From Syntrophobacteraceae bacterium (GTDB taxonomy: Bacteria; Desulfobacterota; Syntrophobacteria; Syntrophobacterales; Syntrophobacteraceae), in contig JARKQW010000140.1 in the NCBI GenBank assembly GCA_029974695.1, positions 1-41,951 on the forward strand: a stretch of DNA of 41,951 nt, in the 5' to 3' direction. The position numbers were made by a program, and so were the translations under genes. The first letter of the stretch is position 1. Each line of letters begins with the position of its first letter. The notes under the pieces are model-generated. The model worked only from the letters and a program-made list of their open reading frames with translations, ran no database searches and was not told the DNA's origin. Below, in pieces: positions 1-7,821 of the stretch.

Positions 1-3000
1 TCGACGTCCTGAAAGAGCTTCATCTCATTTTCGAACTGAAAGTGGTGCCGGAGCCTGGCGTAAACAGCTTCCCGAAACGGCCCCCCTCTCGGATCGTCGT
101 AGATCCCCTCAGGATGGAGAAAGGCCGAAACCCCGCTCTTGGCCCCGATCATCCAGGCCTGGGGGAGGAAGCACTTGTAGAGGTTGGTCTGCACACCCTT
201 GAGGGACGGGTAGTTCTGAAGGCCGTTCAGAAAATTCTGGAGCCCCTCGGCTTCTTCGAATGCCTGCAAGTAATCGCTCCGCAGGTCATACCGGGCCAGG
301 GTCTCCTTGCGAAGGGCGGCGAGTTGCGGGGCCGTGAAGGACTTGAGCACAAAAAGGGGCTCCCTGTCGCCCATGACGCCCCCCTCGTTCCATTCCACCT
401 TGATCCACGGGGGGTTCCCCAGCACCAGGTCGAAGCCTCCGCGGTCGGCGAAGACCTCCGCGAATTCCAGTTCCCAGTGCAGGAAGCGGTACCGGGCCGA
501 CAGCTCGCAAACCACTTCGAGGCGCGGAATCTCCCGACAGAGCCTCTCCACGTCCACCATGCCGAATTTGTCGGGGGCGGGCATGGAGAGTTGTTTTGGC
601 CGGTTGTCCGGGAAAAGCCGGAGCTGCCCCTCGGGCGGGGTGGTCTCCAGGACGTTTCCCTCGAGGATGAGGGACAGGTCGAAGAAGTATTCCTCGCGGG
701 TGGGCAGAAGATCCGCCTTTTCCATGGGCCAGAACCACAGGGCGCACCAGTAGTCCATGACCAGCTTCAGTCGCCGATAGGCACTGGAGTTGCGGACGCC
801 CCTGGAATGGATCCTTTCCAAGAAGCGACGGTCCTTCTCGGACGTGGTGAGCGCCGGCCGGTTTGCCCCGCTCTTTGCCTCAGCCCCTTCCATGCCAAAG
901 ACCGACATGGAATCCGTGGTCTCGCGCCGGACGTCCCTCCGGTCCCGCGTGTGCCGGTCCCACAGGCGGTCGATTTCCCCGGAGAGCCTCTCCAGCCGGC
1001 TCACTTCCCGGTCGGTGAACGGCCTGGTGAAGTCCCTGCGCCACTGGTTGACGGCCCGGACGGCATCCCCCGCCATCTCCTTCACCACCCGGTCCGCGTA
1101 ATCGGCCATGCCCCGGTCCCCCACCAGGAAGTGGTATACGCTTTTCGGGGGTCGCTCCTCCCCGGGCATGATCCTCGTCGGAACTGCATCCAGCCAGACC
1201 TTGTCGGTTCTCTTGGCAGGTTTCAGAAGCTCCGACGCAAAGACCCGGCGCCTGGCCCCGATGAGGGAGTTCCCCGACACGAGCTGCATGCCGAACCAGG
1301 GGACATGGGCCCCCTCGTGGATGGTGTTGAGCCAGAGCGACACCTCGGCAAGTTCCACCGCCACGGGATTCAGGTCCACCCCGAAGACGTTGTTGTCCGC
1401 AAGGACCATCTTGACCTTCTGCTTTTCGACTCCGTAACGGTCGTGGGGAATAATCCGGCCCGTCTCCCTCTGTTTCCGCTGCAGATAGGCCTCGGCCAAC
1501 TGGTTCACGGCTTCGTTGAGGAACGCCGCGCTCCCCATGGCCGGCTCGCACACGGTAAGCTTCAGGATCTCGTCGGCCGTCCTGTCCTTGAGGAGTTCCT
1601 TCAGGGCGTACTTCACGAGGCAACGGGTCAGGACTTCAGGGGTGTAGTAGGAAGCCGACTTCTCCCGGTCCCGCCCCGCAAGGCGGTAGATGAACGTCCC
1701 CCTGGGGTACATCCTGAGGCTGCCGTCCTCGTTGTAAACCTTTTCTTGATCCGAGTACTTGGGGAGGTCCTCGGCTTTGACGAAGTAGGCCGTGTTCAGG
1801 GGATCGTGACTCTCCCCGGCCTTCTTCACCTCGTAGAGGTCCGTTTCAGCGAAGAAGCCCCGGTAGGAAAGGAGGGCTTCGTAAACGGCTCCGAGCTGGT
1901 TGATGCCGAGCTGTGCATAGGAGATCCGTCCCCGACGGTCCCTCCGGTTGCCGCCCCTGGAGAGGGACATGAGTTCGATGACCTTCTGGAGCACCTGGTT
2001 TCGGAATTTCACCTTCCTGAGGATGGGAGTGCGCGCCGGGTCGAAGAGGTGGGAGCGCAGGGGCGGGATGCGGAACGTGTGGTGCGCCGGGGCGGCGACC
2101 ATTCCGAGCTGTCTGCCCGGGCCATCCTTTTCCGGCGGGAAGCCTTCGTAGATCATCTTGAAGAGAAGCTCCAGAGATTCGTGGAGGAAGGTCCCGTTCC
2201 TCGACTCTTCCGTGGTGAGCTGCACCAGCTCCAGGTCCCGGAGGCTCTCCATGCTGTAGCCCAGCCGGTAGGGATCGGCCTTCATGGGGGCAAAGCCGAG
2301 CTCCGGGCGGGCTTCGATGTAAAAGAGAAAGAGCAGCCGGTACATGTAACGCAGACATTCCAGGGTGAGGTCCCCGGCAAGTTCCCGTTCGTAGACCTTT
2401 TCATGGAGCTTTTCCCGGAGGTACCGGACCGCTTCGTTCCCGATGAGCTCGATGGCTTCCCGGAGGGCGTACTTGAGGTCCTCGGAGACGGCGAATGCGT
2501 GCTTGTGGGAGTTTTCGTCCAGGGTGTCGAGCAGGGAGAGCCCTTCGGACGGGCACACGCTTTCCCGGTGGAGAAGGGCCGCCATGGCCTGAAAGGTGGT
2601 GGGTTCCTTTCGGTCGAAGATCTCCTTCAGGTCGAAGCGAAGGAGCCGCTTCTCGTTCCACTTGCTTCGGTCGAGGAGCAGGAGCTGCGCATCCGATGCC
2701 AGGATCACCCACCGGGGGGGCTCGGACAACCGGAAAACCCTCCGGGTGATAAGGTCCTCGAGGCTCATTTCGAGAATGCCGGGGTCCACCTCGACGCCCT
2801 CGGGATATTGGGCCGCCTGGAGCGGCACTTCCAGGGGGTCCTCGTCCTCGCCGGGCGTGGTCAGTGCATCGAGAACCCAGAGCTCGGGAGCGCCACCGGG
2901 ACGTTTCACTTCGCCCATGACCGGGATCCGTTTGCCGTCGTCCAGTTCCTTGAGGTCGAGGGAAAAGGGATAGCCCAGGACCTGGAGGAGGACCTGGAGG

Positions 3001-3242
3001 AATTCCCTCTGGACGGCGACCCGCTCGCCGGCCTTCCGCTCCCGGCCGACCCGGCTTCTCATGGCGAAGAAGTCCCGGGCGAGGGTTCTCAGCTCCCCGT
3101 ATGGGGGGCGGATGCCCTCCTCCTCGTCCCGGCGCTTCCATTCCTTGAAGACGTCCTTGAGGTCGTTTTCCAGGATGGCGCTGAGGTAGTGGTGGCTGTA
3201 GAACTCGTTTTCGTTGGTGATCCCCGTGAGATTCATCGCCAT
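1..3242 (-). CDS. Large gamma-class N6-adenine DNA methyltransferase (Eco57I/PglX/DrmMI-like); C-terminus cut by window edge
   Basis: Not in the supplied ORF track because it has no stop inside the window. Reverse complement from ATG 3242..3240 reads MAMNLTGITNENEFYSHHYLSAILENDLKDVFKEWKRRDEE. The same frame was hand-checked at 1679 (AGRDREKSASYYTPEVLTRC), 1559 (LTVCEPAMGSAAFLNEAVNQ, SAM motif I-like) and 407 (ARYRFLHWELEFAEVFADRGGFDLVLGNPPWIK, motif IV NPPW). All listed minus ORFs in 1..3267 lie in the other two frames. The start overlaps the helicase stop (TGATG). Confidence 0.85.
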   Translation of the reverse strand, partial: MAMNLTGITNENEFYSHHYLSAILENDLKDVFKEWKRRDEEEGIRPPYGELRTLARDFFAMRSRVGRERKAGERVAVQREFLQVLLQVLGYPFSLDLKELDDGKRIPVMGEVKRPGGAPELWVLDALTTPGEDEDPLEVPLQAAQYPEGVEVDPGILEMSLEDLITRRVFRLSEPPRWVILASDAQLLLLDRSKWNEKRLLRFDLKEIFDRKEPTTFQAMAALLHRESVCPSEGLSLLDTLDENSHKHAFAVSEDLKYALREAIELIGNEAVRYLREKLHEKVYERELAGDLTLECLRYMYRLLFLFYIEARPELGFAPMKADPYRLGYSMESLRDLELVQLTTEESRNGTFLHESLELLFKMIYEGFPPEKDGPGRQLGMVAAPAHHTFRIPPLRSHLFDPARTPILRKVKFRNQVLQKVIELMSLSRGGNRRDRRGRISYAQLGINQLGAVYEALLSYRGFFAETDLYEVKKAGESHDPLNTAYFVKAEDLPKYSDQEKVYNEDGSLRMYPRGTFIYRLAGRDREKSASYYTPEVLTRCLVKYALKELLKDRTADEILKLTVCEPAMGSAAFLNEAVNQLAEAYLQRKQRETGRIIPHDRYGVEKQKVKMVLADNNVFGVDLNPVAVELAEVSLWLNTIHEGAHVPWFGMQLVSGNSLIGARRRVFASELLKPAKRTDKVWLDAVPTRIMPGEERPPKSVYHFLVGDRGMADYADRVVKEMAGDAVRAVNQWRRDFTRPFTDREVSRLERLSGEIDRLWDRHTRDRRDVRRETTDSMSVFGMEGAEAKSGANRPALTTSEKDRRFLERIHSRGVRNSSAYRRLKLVMDYWCALWFWPMEKADLLPTREEYFFDLSLILEGNVLETTPPEGQLRLFPDNRPKQLSMPAPDKFGMVDVERLCREIPRLEVVCELSARYRFLHWELEFAEVFADRGGFDLVLGNPPWIKVEWNEGGVMGDREPLFVLKSFTAPQLAALRKETLARYDLRSDYLQAFEEAEGLQNFLNGLQNYPSLKGVQTNLYKCFLPQAWMIGAKSGVSAFLHPEGIYDDPRGGPFREAVYARLRHHFQFENEMKLFQDV

Positions 3243-6103
3243 CAGTCGGCCCCCTTGAGCACGGCAACCACCTGGATGTAGGGGTTGTCCTCGGTGGTCA
3301 TGGTTTCTTCGATCCAGTTGAAATACTCGTCGAAGATGCGGTCGATCTCCCTGCGTTCCTTCTCCTTCCTCCCCTGAACGAGTTTTTCCGGAAGCTGCAT
3401 GGACTCGAACCGCGCCTCCAAGTGAAGGAACTGCTTTTTCCTGAGCCTCTCCAGGGCATTGAGGTGCTCATTGAGCTTCTCGTTGATGCGGTCCTCAAAA
3501 TCCTTTCGTTCCCGACTCATCCACGCCCCGGCCCGGGCCACGGCTTCGGGAAGGAGCTTGAGGAGGGGCTCCAGGTCCATGTCGTTTCCGGTGTTGGGGA
3601 AGTTCCTGCTTGCCAGTCCGGTGCGATCGAGGAGGCTTTGAAAATCCTCGATCCCGTGGAAGTGACGGTTTCGAAACGAGACCCCGATCCATCGGTGTAT
3701 TAGGGGGTGGCTCCTGCGGTTGGGGATGAGGCCCGAGAGGATGAAGACGACTTCCCCGGGTTCTAGGGCACCCTGGAGGCCCAACACCGGGGCTTCATGC
3801 CGGCCGAAAGCGGCGACCACCTTGTCGTTCACCCATTCGAGGACCGGGTTCAGGGTCCAGAGGAAGTGGATGTTCGGCCAGGCGTTCTCGTCCTTGCGGC
3901 TCCGTTTGATTTCCCCCTGGATCGTCGCCGGGTCGGACGAAAGGGTGAAAACGCCGTCCTCGGGCCAGATCTCCCGGGGAAGAAACCGGAATCGCTGTTT
4001 CAGGTCTTCGGGAGGGGTGAGGTCAACGCGGCGCCGTTCAGGGAGGAATTCCACCTGGAGGGGCTGCGACTGCCTGAGGTGCCGGACGGCCGCCTCCAGG
4101 TAAGCAAAATCATCCCGAAAGAGTGTGGGCATGGAGCGGGTCACGGCCGGCGCATCGCTGCCGGTGGGCGGCTCCTCTTCTCCCATGAGCAGGGCCAGGG
4201 GGTCGAACGCCTTTGCCTGGAGGGAGGCTTCGAATTCCCCGGGGCTCTGGTTTTCTTCCATGGCGCGGGCGGTGATTTTTTCTTCCTCCTCGATGTCGTA
4301 GACGCCCATCAGAGCGCTGGGGTCCCCGATGTTTTTCACCGCCTGTTCGTCCTTTTGGATGAGGAGTTCGAGGATGCGGGTGTCCCCCCGGATTTTGGCA
4401 TTGTCACTATGGGTCACGAGATAGAGGATCTGCGGGGTGTGCTCCTGCCCGTAGCGGTCGATGCGGCCGTTGCGCTGTTGAAAGACCATGAGGGACCAGG
4501 GGATGTCGAAATGGATCATGCGATGGCAGAGGAAGTGGAGGTTGATGCCCTCCGAGGCCACGTCCGATGCGATGAGGAGCCGCACGGGTGCCTCTTCCTT
4601 GCCGAAATCCTCGACGATGCGCTGCTGTTCGATGTCCGAGAGGGTCCCGTAGAGCACCTCGACCTGATTTTCGTGCAGCCCGAGCTCTTGTTTCAGGTGC
4701 CTCTGGAGGAATCGCAGGGTCTCGATCCGTTCCGTGAAGATGACCAGTCGGTCCCGGGTGTCTTTGCCCGTCCATCCCAAACCATGCCGGGTGTCCCGGA
4801 GGAGTTCCACGAGCTTTCGGTATTTGCCGAAATGCTCCGGAGTGATCCTTTCGACTTCCCGGGCGAGGTCTTCCAGGGTCTGAACGTCCTCGTCCCAGGA
4901 GGCGTCTTCGGACTTCCTGAGGCGGTTCACCCGGTTTCGGATGGTTTCGAGGCATGCGGCGGGGCTTGAAAAGAGGGCCTTCTCGAGGGTGGTCTTGAAG
5001 AGTTCCCCGGCGGGCGCGGTCCGGTCGATGCGGGTGAACTTGAGATCCACGAAGGCGTCGAACGCCGCTTCTTCCCGGACGGACGCCCTGCAGGGCACCT
5101 GACGGATCTGTCTTTCCTTGAAGGCCTTTTCCACCTGGTTCTGGATGTCCTTTTTGAAGCGGCGGATGAAGAGGCCCTTGATGTCTTCCCGGGTGTAGTC
5201 GTCGGGGTTTGCGATGGCCGTGGGGTCGAGCATGTTCATGATGCTTGCGAAACTGCGGGCCTTTCCGTCGTGGGGAGTGGCGGAGAGCATGATGAGCGTG
5301 TCCGAGCGCTGGGCCAGGAGCCTGGCCAGCTTCGCCCGCAGGGATGAACCGCCGTCCCGTTCCGCGACATTGTGGGCCTCGTCGATGACGATGATGTCCC
5401 AGTAGGCGTTTTCGAGGTAGGTTCGGTATTCGGTGTCCTGTTTCAGGGTGTCGATGGAGATGATGGCCCTGTCGTAATAGTAGAAGGGGTTGTGGTTGGT
5501 GGGGATGCGGCTGCGGATCCGCTGGATCCCCACGGAGTCCAGCCGGGTGAGGGGGATGGTGAAGCGGCTCCACATCTCCTTCTGGAACTGAGTGAGCATG
5601 CTCTTCACCACAACCACCAGGATGCGTTTCCCTCGGCCCCTGCGGATGAGTTCACTCAGAAGGATCCCGGCTTCCAGGGTCTTTCCCAGCCCCACGGCAT
5701 CGGCGATGAGGATGCGCTGCCTCGGTTGCCTGAGGGCCTGGACGGCCGGGACCAGCTGGTAGGGGACGGGGTCCATGGCGGCCCGGTGGCCGATGTAGAG
5801 GTTCTCGTCCGTTGGAGGTGCCTGGCGAAGGAGGCTCTCCATGTAGAGGAGAGACGCCTGGTAGGAACTTGAGGAGTCCCGAACCAGATTCGTTTTCGCC
5901 GGGTCGAGAACTTCGATGGGTTTTGCCAGATCCTCGACCTCCGTGAGGTATACGGCCTCCTTGTCTCTCACCAGCTCCGATATGCCGACCACCGTGACGG
6001 CCTGCCCCCCGGTGGAAGTTCGATCGACCTTGCGCACCAGCCATTCCGCGTCGCGCACGAGCACCCTGGCTCCCGGCGCCGGGACATTGCCTTTGAGGTT
6101 CAT
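3242..6103 (-). CDS. SNF2/RapA-family helicase (DrmD-like)
   Basis: ORF 3242..6208. Motifs: ADAVGLGKT (Walker A), VIDEAHNV (DEAH), LMLSATPHDGK (motif III), LIASDVASEGINLH (motif V), QQRNGRIDRYGQ (motif VI), plus about 330 aa of C-terminal extension. Preferred start is ATG 6103 (MNLKGNVPAPG), preceded by GAAGGAAGCAAGG. The in-frame ATG at 6208 is possible but lies in low-GC, non-coding-looking sequence. Confidence 0.9.
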   Translation of the reverse strand: MNLKGNVPAPGARVLVRDAEWLVRKVDRTSTGGQAVTVVGISELVRDKEAVYLTEVEDLAKPIEVLDPAKTNLVRDSSSSYQASLLYMESLLRQAPPTDENLYIGHRAAMDPVPYQLVPAVQALRQPRQRILIADAVGLGKTLEAGILLSELIRRGRGKRILVVVVKSMLTQFQKEMWSRFTIPLTRLDSVGIQRIRSRIPTNHNPFYYYDRAIISIDTLKQDTEYRTYLENAYWDIIVIDEAHNVAERDGGSSLRAKLARLLAQRSDTLIMLSATPHDGKARSFASIMNMLDPTAIANPDDYTREDIKGLFIRRFKKDIQNQVEKAFKERQIRQVPCRASVREEAAFDAFVDLKFTRIDRTAPAGELFKTTLEKALFSSPAACLETIRNRVNRLRKSEDASWDEDVQTLEDLAREVERITPEHFGKYRKLVELLRDTRHGLGWTGKDTRDRLVIFTERIETLRFLQRHLKQELGLHENQVEVLYGTLSDIEQQRIVEDFGKEEAPVRLLIASDVASEGINLHFLCHRMIHFDIPWSLMVFQQRNGRIDRYGQEHTPQILYLVTHSDNAKIRGDTRILELLIQKDEQAVKNIGDPSALMGVYDIEEEEKITARAMEENQSPGEFEASLQAKAFDPLALLMGEEEPPTGSDAPAVTRSMPTLFRDDFAYLEAAVRHLRQSQPLQVEFLPERRRVDLTPPEDLKQRFRFLPREIWPEDGVFTLSSDPATIQGEIKRSRKDENAWPNIHFLWTLNPVLEWVNDKVVAAFGRHEAPVLGLQGALEPGEVVFILSGLIPNRRSHPLIHRWIGVSFRNRHFHGIEDFQSLLDRTGLASRNFPNTGNDMDLEPLLKLLPEAVARAGAWMSRERKDFEDRINEKLNEHLNALERLRKKQFLHLEARFESMQLPEKLVQGRKEKERREIDRIFDEYFNWIEETMTTEDNPYIQVVAVLKGAD

Positions 6104-6954
6104 CCTTGCTTCCTTCAGTTTTGCTGAATCCACGCAAAGAAAACCAATGCCAAACTCCGTTTGCCGCAAAACCCGTCTGGGTGCGGAAAAAGACCCGTCA
6201 TGGTTCATGGTTGCCGCGACATTGGGGCGTCAGGAATCCCAGTGCCCGCATGATTTCCAGGTAGCGGTATAGTGAAACAACTCCGCCATTCCAGCAAGAC
6301 CGAAAACATCCCGCCACGGTAGGATGGAGAGTCATGGGTGCTGATCGGGGTGTAGCGGCCCAAGAAAAGGTGGCCGTCCGCATGGAGAATGTACCGAAAG
6401 GGTATCATCGTTTCCATGATGTCGACTTCAACGGTTTCAACATCGACTAGGTCGCCGCGGGACCTGGTGGAATCTTTCGCATCGAAACCAAGAGCCACAG
6501 GGGAGGTATCGCTTCGAACGGTGACAATCTACTGCTGAACGGCAAGACTCCCGGACCCGGACGCCAACCCAGGATCGTGAACGATTCTTCCGGAAACAGA
6601 CATCCAAAGAATGGAGGGTCAAGCCTCCCTCTGCTTAGAGAATGCTTACGCGAGGATTCGTGAACCGGTGAATGCCATCACCATGTCCGGTATCGGCTAC
6701 CGGACTGGATTCCTCTGTCGGCAGCCCCATATGTCATCAAGCGGGAAGATGTGGAGCGGATTGCCCGCATTCTTTCTTGGTGAATTTCAAGGAATCGGCG
6801 CAAAGGAAGGCAGCCGTCGGGCCGACTTCTTGTCGTGGCATGGCATACTGCGTTCACCCTTCAATTGCCCACGGTTTCGTGGTATAGACCTAGGCACCTA
6901 CGGCAGCCGTTCATCCGATGTCGAGTTACACGATTCCGAGAGCATCGGGGCTTC

Positions 6955-7024
6955 ATGCCCGCGAAGGCGGGCATCCAACGGGTAGGCACCCTCTTTCCGA
7001 ATTCCCGCTTGCGTGGGAATGACG
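6955..7024. repeat. Pair of inverted REP-type GC hairpins ('PAKAGIQ / RLRGNDE' repeat family)
   Basis: ATGCCCGC-GAAG-GCGGGCAT (6955..6974) and ATTCCCGC-TTGC-GTGGGAAT-GACG (7001..7024). Spurious ORFs across them translate to MPAKAGIQ, SRLRGNDE and MPAFAGM, the typical signature of this intergenic repeat family in proteobacterial genomes. Confidence 0.6.
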
Positions 7025-7168
7025 AAAGGGAGTTCCGACCGCCCAAATCGCTCCATCCGGGCTGGTGCTGTGGGGGTGTCCAAGATACACTGTGAAGAGC
7101 AGCATACCCCTCTGGTCTCGCAATCGCACAGTTCGCTCTCCGTCAGGCAAACCGGCGGAACCACACCT

Positions 7169-7295
7169 GATGGCCCCGTAAGAGTTCGTTCTTCTCGGGA
7201 CGACACCTCATGAATTCAATCGGTTAGAGCCGAAGAAACGGGCTCTTCAGGACTTTTTGCGAAATCGTCCATGATTGCAATAGGTTGTTCGTCGT
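7169..7295 (+). repeat. Dispersed ~125-nt repeat, copy 1 (core GAATTCAATCGGTTAG)
   Basis: Aligns by eye at roughly three-quarters identity with 16616..16740. Shared blocks are GATGGyCCyGTAA, ACGrCACC, GAATTCAATCGGTTAGrG, GCTCTyC, CyTTTT and TTGsAAT. Confidence 0.6.
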
Positions 7296-7346
7296 CGGGG
7301 GCTCATGACCCGAAGGTCGGAGGTTCAAATCCTCCCTGCGCTGCCA
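7279..7346 (+). pseudogene. tRNA-Met(CAT)/fMet-like 3' fragment; no matching 5' acceptor strand
   Basis: CTCATGA anticodon loop, CCCGA, variable loop AGGTC, T-arm GGAGG-TTCAAAT-CCTCC, then CTGCGCT-G-CCA. It is nearly identical to my recollection of E. coli tRNA-fMet (TCGTCGGGCTCATAACCCGAAGGTCG..GGTTCAAATCC). However, it has 2 extra G in the anticodon stem, and the required 5' acceptor AGCGCAG is absent within 150 nt upstream. Confidence 0.55.
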
Positions 7347-7821
7347 TGAGCAAACCGGGGAACTCGGGGGCGGACCTTCGGTCCCTTTTCCTGGGGGACT
7401 TTCGTTCTCCAGCCTTCACACGGACGGTTGGAACTTCCAACCGATCCCCTCGAACCGGCCGCGAGGGAAGAACCGTGATGAAGTCGTGCGCCTCGGTAGG
7501 CGGCGCACCATCGAGGGGTGCTGGGACGGGGGCGGGAATGGATCGGGATTCTCCTTCGAACGTGAGATCCGAGAGTGTTCGTTTCGACGGAATACGTCGC
7601 CCTCCGCCTTCCGGTTGCCCGTCCTCGTCCGATTGACGCGGAGTTCGCCGGTTTTATGGGAAGCGCCCCGGGAATGGACAGGAATCCACATCGCAACGCG
7701 GCTCATGGGATTGGTCCCGGCTGCCGTCGCCGTTGAGGTCGTTCTCGGCGGGGTGGCGGTCGTTTTTCGCGGCTTTGTCCAACGGCAAGGGTCCCATGGG
7801 TCTGGAGAAGGAGGGAGAGCC

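Noticed and set aside
42-3281. 1079-aa plus-strand ORF covering the left edge
   Set aside because: It is an antisense shadow of the methyltransferase gene. Its composition is L/G/E/V/P/R-rich with no recognisable motifs, whereas the opposite strand in one frame is open to position 1 and carries the YYTP, GSAAF and NPPW methyltransferase motifs.
3797-5573. Long ORFs 3797..4969 (+) and 4407..5573 (-, off-frame) inside the SNF2 gene
   Set aside because: These are an alternative frame and the antisense of the helicase, with degenerate composition (for example P/R/G/H runs).
6205-6498. 97-aa minus ORF ending 4 nt into the longest helicase ORF; possible small upstream gene or toxin-antitoxin remnant
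   Set aside because: It has no SD and no recognisable family. The upstream in-frame sequence contains a stop (…LAVQQ* IVTVRS…). The region is low-GC junction DNA. At best it is a decayed gene fragment, so it is not reported as a feature.
7269-7346. Intact tRNA-Met gene
   Set aside because: The 3' acceptor strand CTGCGCT has no complementary AGCGCAG (even allowing G-U pairs) anywhere in the 150 nt upstream. The D-arm is unrecognisable. The anticodon stem has a 2-nt insertion giving either a 9-nt loop or two mismatches. It is therefore reported as a fragment only.
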